The notes under the pieces: generated by a model
Seen by the model: only the letters and a program-made list of their open reading frames with translations
Database searches by the model: none
Told to the model about the DNA's origin: nothing
Shown: in pieces, positions 21,889-32,106 of the stretch
How the letters are laid out: the number at the start of each line of letters is the position of its first letter
Numbering within the stretch: position 1 is the first letter of the stretch
Source: Candidatus Marinacidobacterales bacterium
GTDB taxonomy: Bacteria > Acidobacteriota > Vicinamibacteria > Marinacidobacterales > SMYC01
Assembly: GCA_965237955.1 (NCBI GenBank)
Contig: OZ250169.1
Span: 5,024,001 to 5,088,000, forward strand
DNA length: 64,000 nucleotides
Direction: 5' to 3'
Translations under genes and position numbers: made by a program

Positions 21889-23199
21889 TTGCTACCAGTG
21901 CTGGTTCTCGTGGTCGGCGCGATGATTCTTGGGATCTGCTTCGTCTCGATCTGGTGGAACCTTCGCCTCCGTTCCGAGCTCGAACGGGTGGTTTTGGAGC
22001 TCTCGCGTGAACGGGAATTTCACCGGCGGAACTCGGCGGAGCTCCGGCAGAATCTGGAATCGATCGAGAACCACCAGCGATTTCTGGCGCGTTTTATTCG
22101 TGATCTCCCCGATCTCACGCGGGAGCTTCACAGTCGAGTCGAGGCGCGACGACTCCCGGGAATCCTTCTGGAAGTCATCTGCCGAAGCCTGGAGCCCGAG
22201 CAAGCCGTGGTTTTGCTGTGCCGCCGTGCCAGCTCCAACACCGGGACCAATAGCAATGAGCGTCGTTTGGTGGTGGCCGCGGCGCATCCTCCCGATTCTT
22301 CCATCCGGCCTGGGGTCGACGTTCCGTTGCGTCATGGCGCGCTCGCCACGGTGGTCCGGACTCAGATGACGATGACTCGTTACGACTTCGACCGGGAGCG
22401 CTCCTTTGGGCGGCGGAAGAACCGAGACGACGAACTGCCGGGCTTCGAGCCCGAGCTGGTGGCGCCGATGGTCTCTGATGACAAGACCGTGGGGGTCGTC
22501 GCGCTCTCGGGCACGCCTTATGGCCCGTACGAAGCCGCCGATACCAAGGCCGCGCTCAGAGTCATCGCTCAACTCGGTGCCCGTACTTTTCAAAGCGCCG
22601 CCGTGTATCGGGAGACGAGGTTCTCGGCTGATGTGGACGCGCTCACGGGTGCTTTCAACAAGAGGTTCGTGACCCAGGATTTGGCCGAGAGAATTCTTGA
22701 GGCGCGGGAAATCCACTCGGAGCTTTCCGTCTTTCTCTTCGACATCGACAACTTCAAGAACTACAACGACGTCAACGGTCACGTGGAGGGCGATGCGCTT
22801 CTCCGCGAGCTAGCACAGCTCGTGAGCAGCGAAGTGCGAGATGAAGACATCTTCGGTCGCTTCGGCGGCGAGGAGTTCTTGCTGATCCTTCCGGACACCA
22901 GCGATGCGGAAGCTCTCGTGGTTGCGGAAAAGATGCGCGCCTCTATCGCCGCGCACGCCTTCCCATTTGCCGAGCGTCAACCACTTGGAATTCTGAGCGT
23001 CAGCGGTGGCGTCGCCTTCTATCGTATCCATGCCCACGATAGTACCGGCTTGCTTCGAGCTGCCGACGAGGCGCTGTACTTGGCCAAGCAAAAGGGACGC
23101 AACCGAGTCCTCGTCGCGGGACGCGACTACCTGGGCGAGGACGACAAAGAGCTCGCTGGGACGCATCCGAAAGCGTCCGGCGAGACTGGCGCCGCGTAA
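21889..23199 (+). CDS. Membrane-anchored GAF-like/GGDEF diguanylate cyclase
   Basis: TM helix, coiled coil, DALTG, DIDNFKNYND, RDED I-site five residues before GGEEF. Confidence 0.92.
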   Translation: MLPVLVLVVGAMILGICFVSIWWNLRLRSELERVVLELSREREFHRRNSAELRQNLESIENHQRFLARFIRDLPDLTRELHSRVEARRLPGILLEVICRSLEPEQAVVLLCRRASSNTGTNSNERRLVVAAAHPPDSSIRPGVDVPLRHGALATVVRTQMTMTRYDFDRERSFGRRKNRDDELPGFEPELVAPMVSDDKTVGVVALSGTPYGPYEAADTKAALRVIAQLGARTFQSAAVYRETRFSADVDALTGAFNKRFVTQDLAERILEAREIHSELSVFLFDIDNFKNYNDVNGHVEGDALLRELAQLVSSEVRDEDIFGRFGGEEFLLILPDTSDAEALVVAEKMRASIAAHAFPFAERQPLGILSVSGGVAFYRIHAHDSTGLLRAADEALYLAKQKGRNRVLVAGRDYLGEDDKELAGTHPKASGETGAA

Positions 23200-23286
23200 C
23201 AAAGTAACAGGGGAACAGGGAACAGGAGAACAAGGGCGTCCTAGGGAGCCATCTTTTTTGTCGCGCGAAGGTGAAGGTATTGCAAG

Positions 23287-25025
23287 ATGAGCAATCCGGC
23301 TCGTAGCTCTATCAAGAAACGAATTCTCCCGACCGGGAGCCCGGTTTCTGAAGGCGCCCCCGCCGGGGCTTGGGTTGTGTCTCTCGCCGACGTGCCTTTA
23401 GCGGACGTGCTCAAAAGGATCGCGCTCGAAGAAAAGAGCGGTGATCTGCAAGTCATTTCAAGGGCGATCGTCAAGACCATTTACTTCGATCGAGGCTTCG
23501 TCGTGTTCGCCTCCAGTAACCTGGAGGCAGACCGGCTCGGGCACCGCCTCATTCAAACGGGTCACATATCCAGGAACGAGTTTGCCGCCGCCGCAAAGCT
23601 CACCGTGGGGAGAAACCGCCGGCTCGGGCAGGCTCTCGTCGATGCTGGCTTGATGTCCGAGGAGGAGCTTGGCCACCAGGTCGCCAGCCAAGTCAACGGC
23701 ATCATCCTTTCTCTCTTCCAGCTTCAAGACGCCATCTACAGCTTCGACGAGAGACCTTGCGCCATCCCAGTCGAACTGATGGTGAGTCTTTCGATTCATC
23801 GTATTCTGCTCGAGGGCATCCGCGATATGACTTGCGTTGAGTTGATTCAAAAGGGGCTGCCCCGTTGGAAAATTGGGTTCAGATCGCCGAACGCCCGCCT
23901 TTTACCATGGACGTCGACAAGCTGACGTCGGCAGAGCAAGCTGTGCACCAGGCCGTCGGCAGAGGCGGAGCGCTCGAGTCCATCCTGCAGAAGTTGTCCG
24001 GAGACCAGTTGGTGCTTCTCCGTGCGTGCTACGGACTCTACGCGTCGGGGATATTCGAGCCCGTCGACCCGAGGGATACCTGGCGTCCCCGGCGGGTGCA
24101 GGAGGAGACCATAGGCTTCCGGCTATCGGCACTGGAGAAAAACGCCGCCCATGTCCAGGCTCAGAACGTCCGGCAGGAAATTCTGATGGAGTTCGATCGG
24201 ATAAAGCGCATCCCGGACGAGGAGGCGCTAGGCATCTATGACGAAGCCGACGCTCACCAGATCTAACGGGCCTATGACGAGCGGTCTCGAGCGTGGGCTC
24301 GCAAGCGGGAGGTCGTCGAAGGCGAGCCATCGCTGGCGAGCAAGGTCGACACAATTCAAGCTTACCTGAAGCAAGCGCACGATCGCTTTCTGTCGTACGT
24401 GACATCGACATCCAACGAAGGTGCGCCCGCCGCCGAGCCGGTCATCCCTGACGCTTCCCAGCCGAACGGAGATGCTCTCGCGTCTCGCAAACGCGAGCGG
24501 CGCGCCCGCGGCCACAAAAAGAAGAGCCGCGCGAGGGCATCCTCTCCCGAGCGAACCGCGCCTGCTGATCACCGCGGCACCGAATCGTCTTCTGCAGAAC
24601 GCGAGGCTCGAGAGTGCCGCATCGAGCAGCTCCTCCGTGACGTCAAGCAGCACTCTCGGTCACGCGATTGGGAGGGCGCCGTCTCACTTCTGTTCGAGCT
24701 AGTGGCGCTTGCACCGGACAACGCCGTCTATCATGGGATGCTTGCAAACGCGATGTCCCGGCATCCCGTCATGCGAATCAATGCGGAGCGGCACTACATC
24801 GAAGCTCTGCGCATCGCGCCTCAAAACGCGGACTTGCATCACTGCCTTGGCCTTTATTACAAATCCTTCGGCATGAACTCCCGTGCCTCCGCCGCCTTCC
24901 GAACAGCCTTGTGCATTGCGCCGGATCATCGAGCCACACAGAGACTTGTCTTCGGGGAACGCGGCGCGGTAGGTGGTCCATGTCCGATTATAGACGGGCG
25001 GGCGCCCGATCCCCGACGCTTGTGA
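23287..25025 (+). pseudogene. DUF4388 + degenerate J-like + TPR protein, disrupted
   Basis: SGDLQVISRAIVKTIYFDRG; frameshift near 23865, in-frame TAA at 24264-24266; TPR C-terminus similar to 668-1915. Confidence 0.78.
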
Positions 25026-25145
25026 CGGGGTGCTTTTCTGTGGCCGCTGTTGGGAGTCCCCCACGGTAGGACCCGATCGGCGTGCGACTGCCGACTACAA
25101 GTCCCATCGAATCAGCTGATTGGCCGGTAACCAACGGTCGCCTCG

Positions 25146-25162
25146 GCGGCACGCAAGTTGCA
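25146..25162 (+). promoter_or_regulatory. sigma54 -24/-12 promoter
   Basis: CGGCACGCAAGTTGC (GG-N10-GC). Confidence 0.65.
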
Positions 25163-25198
25163 CCCCACCACCTCAATTCCACAATCCAGAGGTGAATC

Positions 25199-26948
25199 GT
25201 GATGGGAGCCGTTCGCAGCTCCGGGGGCCGCGCCGTGCGCGCCACGGTCCTCATGGTGGTGCTCTACGCCTTGGCGCACCCGCTCGCGAACACCGCGACG
25301 GCTCAGTCGGGTTGTTTCATCCAAACTCCCGTCGGTGCCGGCGATAACGAGGCACTTGCCGTTGCGCTCCAGGCCGACGGCAAGATCGTTGTCGCTGGAT
25401 ACAGCTTCAACGGCGTGGATGAGGATTTCACGGTCATCCGCTACAACGTTGACCTTAGCCTAGACACGTCGTTCGGTGGTACCGGGATCGTGGTGACGCC
25501 TATCGGTGTAGGAAACGATCGCGCCCGGGCTGTCGCGATCCAGTCGGACGGGAAAATCGTCGCTGCCGGCTCCGCCTTCAACGGAACCGACGACGACTTC
25601 GCCGTCGCTCGCTACAATCCGGACGGGAGCCTGGATGCCTCTTTCGGCACGGGTGGAGTGTCCACCCAATCCATTGGCGCCCAAGACCAAGCACACGGCG
25701 TCGCGATCCAGAGCGACGGCAGGATTGTCGTCGCCGGGCGCGCCTTCATGACCGACGACGACTTCGCCGCCATCCGTTTGAACACCAACGGAACTCTCGA
25801 CACGTCTTTCGACGTCGACGGCATCGTGACGACCTCTATTGGACCTGCGTGGGATATCGGGCGTACCGTTGCGATCCAACTCGATGGCAAGATCGTCGTC
25901 GGTGGCTACTTTTGGAATCTCGTCGACTTGGATCTCGCCCTCGCGCGCTACAACCCAGACGGGAGCCTGGATACGTCGTTCGACGGCGATGGCATCGTCA
26001 CCACATCCTTCAGTACCCGGGACGAAACCGCGACCGCGCTCGCGATCCAGTCAGACGGCGAAATCCTCCTGACCGGAGCCCAACCGACAACGACTGGATC
26101 CTCGTGCGTTACGACCTGGACGGAAGCCTCGACACTTCGTTCGACGGCGACGGATTCGTAACCACCGCGATCGGAGGTGGAAGCGATTTGGCAAACGCCA
26201 TTGTCGTGCAACCGAACGACGAGATCGTGGTCGCTGGACACAGCGACAACCTCACCAACTTCGATATCGCCGTAGGGCGCTACAAGATCAACGGGAGTCT
26301 CGATGCAACGTTCGGCACCGGCGGCATCGTGACGACACCTCTGCTCTCCGGGGACGACCGCGGTGCCGGGGTCGCCCTCGAGGCCGATGGACGGATTGTC
26401 GTCGTGGGGTACACGGACGACGCCGATCGAGATCACGCTCTGGTTCGCTACGAAAAAGACGGCAGTCTAGCCTGTGGGCAAATAAGCCTTCATCCAACCG
26501 GGAACGGCTCGATCAACACCTTTACGATTGTCAGTGGCTGTGCTCCGGACAACTGGGACTGCGTCAACGATCAGCCGGGAAACGCTGGCAGCGGTCCGGC
26601 CGTCGCGAACGACGGGCTCACGAGCTATCTCGAAGACGGTGACGGCGATACCAACCGGGAGATGTTCGCCTTGGACGACGGCACCGTTCCGCTCGGCGCC
26701 ACGATTGTCGAGCTCGAGATCCGCGCCCAAGTCGGGAACCCTGGCGCTCCGAGTCCGACGCTTGGCCTCAGCTATCAGAGAATCGGCTGGGATGGAGCTC
26801 CCGTCGATAGCTCTCCGTTCGGCGTCGGTGTCACTTGCTGTTCGGAGTCGGTCACGTGGACTGTCAGCGGGATCAGCTGGAGCACTGCCGAGCTGGACGC
26901 ACTCGAGATAGGCCTCGTGCACGTCTCCGGTGGTCAGTTACAGGTCAG
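25199..26948 (+). pseudogene. Secreted delta-60 repeat beta-propeller protein, frameshifted and truncated by IS110
   Basis: About seven repeats of Q.DGKIVVAG...RYN.DGSLD.SF; frameshift near 26080; cut at GGTCAG 26943-26948. Confidence 0.85.
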
Positions 26949-27200
26949 CTACGCCCTCGGCCGGAGGCCGGGCCTATCAAGTAGGAAACTACCAAAGCTG
27001 GTAGAAAGGTTGTCGGTGAAGGCTCCGGCAGCGAGCCCCGTACTGTCATTGGTGCATGATGCCCCAGGGTCAGCTTGGGTCCGAGCCGGCTCCCTATCAT
27101 TGGCGAGGCTTCCAACGAAAGCACTCCCCACGGTCAGAATCCATTCGATCGCCATCTCGGGCCGGAGCCTTCGCTCACAAAATACACTTGAGGTGAGCGA
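26949..27200 (+). ncRNA. Candidate bridge RNA in the IS110 left non-coding end (copy 1)
   Basis: Structured 252-bp leader; contains GGGTCAG (27067-27073) and CGGTCAG (27131-27137). Confidence 0.6.
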
Positions 27201-27614
27201 ATGAACAAACGAAAGAAGAGCAAAGCGGCGAAGCGTCTCTCACGGAATTCCCTGCCGTCGATACGACCGATGGTAGCGGGCATCGATCTCGGGAGTCGAG
27301 AGCATTGGGTCTGCGGTCCGCAGCTAGCTGATGGTCGGCCGAACGTGCGGGTGTTTTCCACGACAACGCCGGCGCTGGTTGAGCTTGCGGATTGGCTTAT
27401 CGAGCAAGGTGTGGAGTCGGTGGCGATGGAAAGCACCCACGTCTATTGGATTCCGGTTTATGAGTTGCTCGAATCCCGTGGTATCGAGGTCGTTCTTGTC
27501 AACGCTCGGCAGCTGAAGAACGTTCCGGGTCGCAAAACCGATATGCAAGATTGTCAATGGCTGCAGACGTTACACAGCTGCGGACTTCTGCGTGGCTCGT
27601 TTCGCCCGGGGGAG

Positions 27615-29059
27615 GGAGGTGCCCCCACCATAGTTGAAGGTTCGAGGTGGTGGCGGCTCCTGACACATGGTTTACCCGACTTTGGCGTGCTTGTCGAGCG
27701 CTTGATTCTCAGTGACCTCCGCTAACTTCGCTTCGAGGATCGGTAGCGATTGGTATCCAATGATACGACGGAAATTTTTCTCCGTGGCGAGCAGAGCCGA
27801 AGCGGCCCATCTCAGAACCATCTTGCCATTGCGCCAGCGGGTGACGCGACGGGTACGACCTCGCGCACCGCTGAAGCACGACTCGATGATGTTCGTCGAT
27901 CCAAGGCAGCGTTTCAGAGATGCGGGGAGGTCGAGCTCGTTGATGGTGAACATCTCGTCGAGCCCCTCCCGGATGCTCTCCGCCGCCGAGGGGTAGTCGT
28001 CCTCGAGCCACTTCGCCTGTTGCTCCAACCGCGCTTTGCCCTTCTTTGCTGGGAGCTGCCAGGCCGAACGCAGGCTCGCTTGCACTTGCGGCTTCAGCTC
28101 CTGCGGCAGATAACCGAGCACATTGCGCTCCTTGTGCTTCCTGCAACGCTGGACCTTGTTGTGGGTACCGAACACAGCGTCGACGGCGACCCGTAGCGCC
28201 TTGGAGCCATCGATCACGAACAGCCGACACCGCTCTGGGCTCAGGCCTCGTTCGACCAGGTCCTCCAGCAGCGCCTTGCACACTATCTGGTTCTCCGATG
28301 CTCCATCCCGAAGCCCCAGAACATGCTTGTATCCCTCTGTATCTACGCCGATTGCCGCCAGCGCGTGGTGCTCGCCGAAGCGAATCCCGTCCAGGTACAC
28401 GACCGCGATCTCCAGCTCGTCCAGCGGACGCTCCATCAGCCCCTGCAACTGCTCCGCGCTTGCTTCCACGAACTCACGGCTCACCTCGCTCTTGCTAACC
28501 CCTACCGTCTCCGCCATCTCGGGAAGAACCGACGCGTACTTGCGCGTCGACACACCCAGCATCAGGATTTCCCAGATGCGTTGGCTCAGCCGAGACGAGT
28601 TGTTCACCGCTTCGTAGGCAGGAATCGCAACCTCCCCTCCCTCTGCCTTTCCCTTACGCCGCAGACGTGGCCGGCTCACTCTCAACTTCCGCTCCGCAAG
28701 GCTTACTACGCCACCCTGCCGGCCGTGCCAGCGAACATCGCTACCCTTCTTCCCCGGGTGTTTCTCCCCAGCCACACTTTGGGCTGACAGATCCAAGACC
28801 GCTTCGATCGTCGCTCGGCCAGCAACGTCGATCACTTCGTCGATCGCTATCTCGGTTCGCTCAATCGCATCCAAGAACGGCAACAGAGCTTGCCCCTTCG
28901 AGCTCAGTATCTCTCGAAGCTTCTTCCTGTTCTTCGCATCGATGATTTGGTGATTTGACATCGTGGTGGCTCCTTTCTTTTTCCTTCACAGCCGGATTCT
29001 ATCGAACCCGGCCTTAGGAGCCGCCACTCCTAACCTTCAACTATCTCAGGGGCATCTCC
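27615..29059 (-). mobile_element. IS256-family insertion sequence
   Basis: About 45-bp imperfect IRs (GGAGGTGCCCC / GGGGCATCTCC), 8-bp TSD CGGGGGAG at 27607-27614 and 29060-29067. Confidence 0.92.
27672..28961 (-). CDS. IS256 (Mutator-type) transposase
   Basis: GVSTRK, VYLDGI, VIDGSKAL, QRCRKHKERN, STNIIES. Confidence 0.92.
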   Translation of the reverse strand: MSNHQIIDAKNRKKLREILSSKGQALLPFLDAIERTEIAIDEVIDVAGRATIEAVLDLSAQSVAGEKHPGKKGSDVRWHGRQGGVVSLAERKLRVSRPRLRRKGKAEGGEVAIPAYEAVNNSSRLSQRIWEILMLGVSTRKYASVLPEMAETVGVSKSEVSREFVEASAEQLQGLMERPLDELEIAVVYLDGIRFGEHHALAAIGVDTEGYKHVLGLRDGASENQIVCKALLEDLVERGLSPERCRLFVIDGSKALRVAVDAVFGTHNKVQRCRKHKERNVLGYLPQELKPQVQASLRSAWQLPAKKGKARLEQQAKWLEDDYPSAAESIREGLDEMFTINELDLPASLKRCLGSTNIIESCFSGARGRTRRVTRWRNGKMVLRWAASALLATEKNFRRIIGYQSLPILEAKLAEVTENQALDKHAKVG

Positions 29060-30049
29060 CGGGGGAGTCGATTTGTCGATTACGCTCGATGCACCGGCAG
29101 CGTCAAGAACTAATCGAGCATCGGGACCAAGCCGTCCAATGGATGCAGAAGGCTCTGGACCAGATGAACGTGCAAGTCCACCGTGCGGTGACCGACATTA
29201 CCGGTAAGACCGGAATGCTCATCGTTCGTGCCATCGTTTCTGGCGAACGTGACCCGATGAAGCTCGCCGAGTTTCGAGATCATCGATGCAAGAAAAGCGT
29301 AGACGAAATCGCAGAGCATCTCACCGGCACTTGGCGTGACGAGCATCTTTTCAATCTCGCATCGGCGCTGCGCCTTTACGATGTGCTACAAGCCGAAATC
29401 GAACTCTACGACCAGCGTCTATCCGTGAAGTGGTCATCGAGCTTCAGCCGACCGAGCGCAGACACGACAGTGTGCCCGCTCATCCGAACCCGAACAAGCA
29501 AAGCGCCATGCGGCGCCGCGGCGAGCAGGAACAGCGAACCGAACTGTGGCGTTTTGCTGGATGCGATCTCACCCGCATCGACGGCATCAGTCCCACCACC
29601 GCCGCCATCATCCTCACCGAGATCGGATGCGACCTCTCCGATTTTCCCAGCGAAAAACACTTCGTCTCATGGCTACGCCTCGTTCCACGTCGCCCCATCT
29701 CGGGTGGAAAGCTACTCTACAAACGCCCCAATGGCACCGGCTCCAACCGTATCGCCGGTGCCTTACGCATGGCTGCATTGTCACTCAACCGTTCGAAGAC
29801 CGCACTTGGTGCTTACTATCGCCGCATCGCCCGACGTAAAGACGCTAAAACCGCGATCTTTGCCACCGCAAGAAAGCTCGCTCAGCTCGTCTTCCGCATG
29901 CTCAAATATGGTCACGAATACACAGACATCGGTGCATCTGCCTTCGAGGAGCGCTTTCGCCGAAACCACATCAACGGCTTGCGAAAGGCAGCCGAAAAGC
30001 TCGGCTTTACACTCACTCCCGAGGCTGCTGCAAAGTAGTTTCGGGTCAG

Positions 30050-30301
30050 CTACGCCCCCGGCCGGAGGCCGGGCCTATCAAGTAGGAAACTACCAAAGCT
30101 GGTAGAAAGGTTGTCGGTGAAGGCTCCGGCAGCGAGCCCCGTACTGTCATTGGTGCATGATGCCCCAGGGTCAGCTTGGGTCCGAGCCGGCTCCCTATCA
30201 TTGGCGAGGCTTCCAACGAAAGCACTCCCCACGGTCAGAATCCATTCGATCGCCATCTCGGGCCGGAGCCTTCGCTCACAAAATACACTTGAGGTGAGCG
30301 A
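30050..30301 (+). ncRNA. Candidate bridge RNA in the IS110 left non-coding end (copy 2)
   Basis: Perfect 12-bp stem GAAGGCTCCGGC 30119-30130 / GCCGGAGCCTTC 30262-30273 enclosing two TCATTGG...CCCA.GGTCAG modules. Confidence 0.62.
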
Positions 30302-31684
30302 ATGAACAAACGAAGGAAGAGCAAAGCGGCGAAGCGTCTCTCACGGAATTCCCTGCCGTCGATACGACCGATGGTAGCGGGCATCGATCTCGGGAGTCGA
30401 GAGCATTGGGTCTGCGGTCCGCAGCTAGCTGATGGTCGGCCGAACGTGCGGGTGTTTTCCACGACAACGCCGGCGCTGGTTGAGCTTGCGGATTGGCTTA
30501 TCGAGCAAGGTGTGGAGTCGGTGGCGATGGAAAGCACCCACGTCTATTGGATTCCGGTTTATGAGTTGCTCGAATCCCGTGGTATCGAGGTCGTTCTTGT
30601 CAACGCTCGGCAGCTGAAGAACGTTCCGGGTCGCAAAACCGATATGCAAGATTGTCAATGGCTGCAGACGTTACACAGCTGCGGACTTCTGCGTGGCTCG
30701 TTTCGCCCGGGGGAGTCGATTTGCCGATTACGCTCGATGCACCGGCAGCGTCAAGAACTAATCGAGCATCGGGGCCAAGCCGTCCAATGGATGCAGAAGG
30801 CTCTGGACCAGATGAACGTGCAAGTCCACCGTGCGGTGACCGACATTACCGGTAAGACCGGAATGCTCATCGTTCGTGCCATCGTTTCTGGCGAACGTGA
30901 CCCGATGAAGCTCGCCGAGTTTCGAGATCATCGATGCAAGAAAAGCGTAGACGAAATCGCAGAGCATCTCACCGGCACTTGGCGTGACGAGCATCTTTTC
31001 AATCTCGCATCGGCGCTGCGCCTTTACGATGTGCTACAAGCCGAAATCGAACTCTACGACCAGCGTATCCGTGAAGTGGTCATCGAGCTTCAGCCGACCG
31101 AGCGCAGACACGACAGTGTGCCCGCTCATCCGAACCCGAACAAGCAAAGCGCCATGCGGCGCCGCGGCGAGCAGGAACAGCGAACCGAACTGTGGCGTTT
31201 TGCTGGATGCGATCTCACCCGCATCGACGGCATCAGCCCCGATACCGCCGCGATCCTACTCACCGAGGTCGGGTTCGACCTCTCTGCCTTCCCCAGTGAA
31301 AATCACTTTGTCTCGTGGCTCCGTCTTGCGCCGCGCCGCCCCATCTCGGGTGGAAAGCTACTCTACAAACGCCCCAATGGCACCGGCTCCAACCGTATCG
31401 CCGGTGCCTTACGCATGGCTGCATTGTCACTCAACCGTTCGAAGACCGCACTTGGTGCTTACTATCGCCGCATCGCCCGACGTAAAGACGCTAAAACCGC
31501 GATCTTTGCCACCGCAAGAAAGCTCGCTCAGCTCGTCTTCCGCATGCTCAAATATGGTCACGAATACACAGACATCGGTGCATCTGCCTTCGAGGAGCGC
31601 TTTCGCCGAAACCACATCAACGGCTTGCGAAAGGCAGCCGAAAAGCTCGGCTTTACACTCACTCCCGAGGCTGCTGCAAAGTAG
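30302..31684 (+). CDS. IS110 DEDD recombinase/transposase
   Basis: GIDLG, MESTHVYW, KTDMQD, and ISGGK (catalytic Ser region). Confidence 0.95.
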   Translation: MNKRRKSKAAKRLSRNSLPSIRPMVAGIDLGSREHWVCGPQLADGRPNVRVFSTTTPALVELADWLIEQGVESVAMESTHVYWIPVYELLESRGIEVVLVNARQLKNVPGRKTDMQDCQWLQTLHSCGLLRGSFRPGESICRLRSMHRQRQELIEHRGQAVQWMQKALDQMNVQVHRAVTDITGKTGMLIVRAIVSGERDPMKLAEFRDHRCKKSVDEIAEHLTGTWRDEHLFNLASALRLYDVLQAEIELYDQRIREVVIELQPTERRHDSVPAHPNPNKQSAMRRRGEQEQRTELWRFAGCDLTRIDGISPDTAAILLTEVGFDLSAFPSENHFVSWLRLAPRRPISGGKLLYKRPNGTGSNRIAGALRMAALSLNRSKTALGAYYRRIARRKDAKTAIFATARKLAQLVFRMLKYGHEYTDIGASAFEERFRRNHINGLRKAAEKLGFTLTPEAAAK

Positions 31685-31695
31685 TTTCCGGTCAG

Positions 31696-32041
31696 ATTGC
31701 GAAAAACGACGAGCCAGCCAAGTCCCGCTACATCGCCTCCGAGGTTTCGGAGCGGGTGCACGATCGCGCCAATTACCAATGCGAATTTTGCGCCTCTGAC
31801 GGGACGCGATGTAGCTCACGCACCGGACTTCAAATTGAGCATGTGCGACCGTTTGGCATCTTTCGCAGCAACGACGAGCGATTTCTTCAACTCCACTGCC
31901 TCGCACAATGGATTAGCTGCGGAACGCGTCTACGGGGCGGCTTTCATCCAGCGGAAGATTGTTGAACGGCGCAGCCGTCACGGAGCGCGCCGGTGCGCTC
32001 CCTCGACAGGCTCGCCGCGCAAGGCGGGTCGAAACGACTAA
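31696..32041 (+). pseudogene. C-terminal fragment of an HNH endonuclease-like protein
   Basis: SRYIASEV.ERVHDRANYQCEFC..DGTRC...LQIEHVRP...HC; 5' part missing, frameshift near 31908. Confidence 0.7.
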
Positions 32042-32106
32042 ATAGCGCCTGGTGCTCGAACCCGCTGGTCGGGGTTGATTTCTTCGTATCTGCGAGGGTT
32101 TCTTGT

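Larger units (their letters stand above)
26949..30049 (+). mobile_element. IS110-family element copy 1 (interrupted by IS256, 2-bp frameshift near 29418)
   Basis: Near-identical to 30050-31695; length 3101 = 1646 + 1445 + 8 + 2; GGTCAG at both junctions. Confidence 0.9.
30050..31695 (+). mobile_element. IS110-family element copy 2 (intact), in tandem with copy 1
   Basis: Starts CTACGCC after GGTCAG, ends TAGTTTCCGGTCAG; no terminal IR or TSD. Confidence 0.92.

Noticed and set aside
23268-23284. sigma54 promoter GG-N10-GC before the DUF4388 gene
   Set aside because: Lacks the GGCAC half and lies only 3 nt from the ATG.
25340-26470. Periodic repeats as a CRISPR array
   Set aside because: They are degenerate protein-coding delta-60 repeats; no identical repeats with spacers and no cas genes.
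31696-32041. HNH fragment as an IS110-associated RNA-guided nuclease
   Set aside because: It lies outside the element end, is 5'-truncated and frameshifted, and is absent after copy 1.
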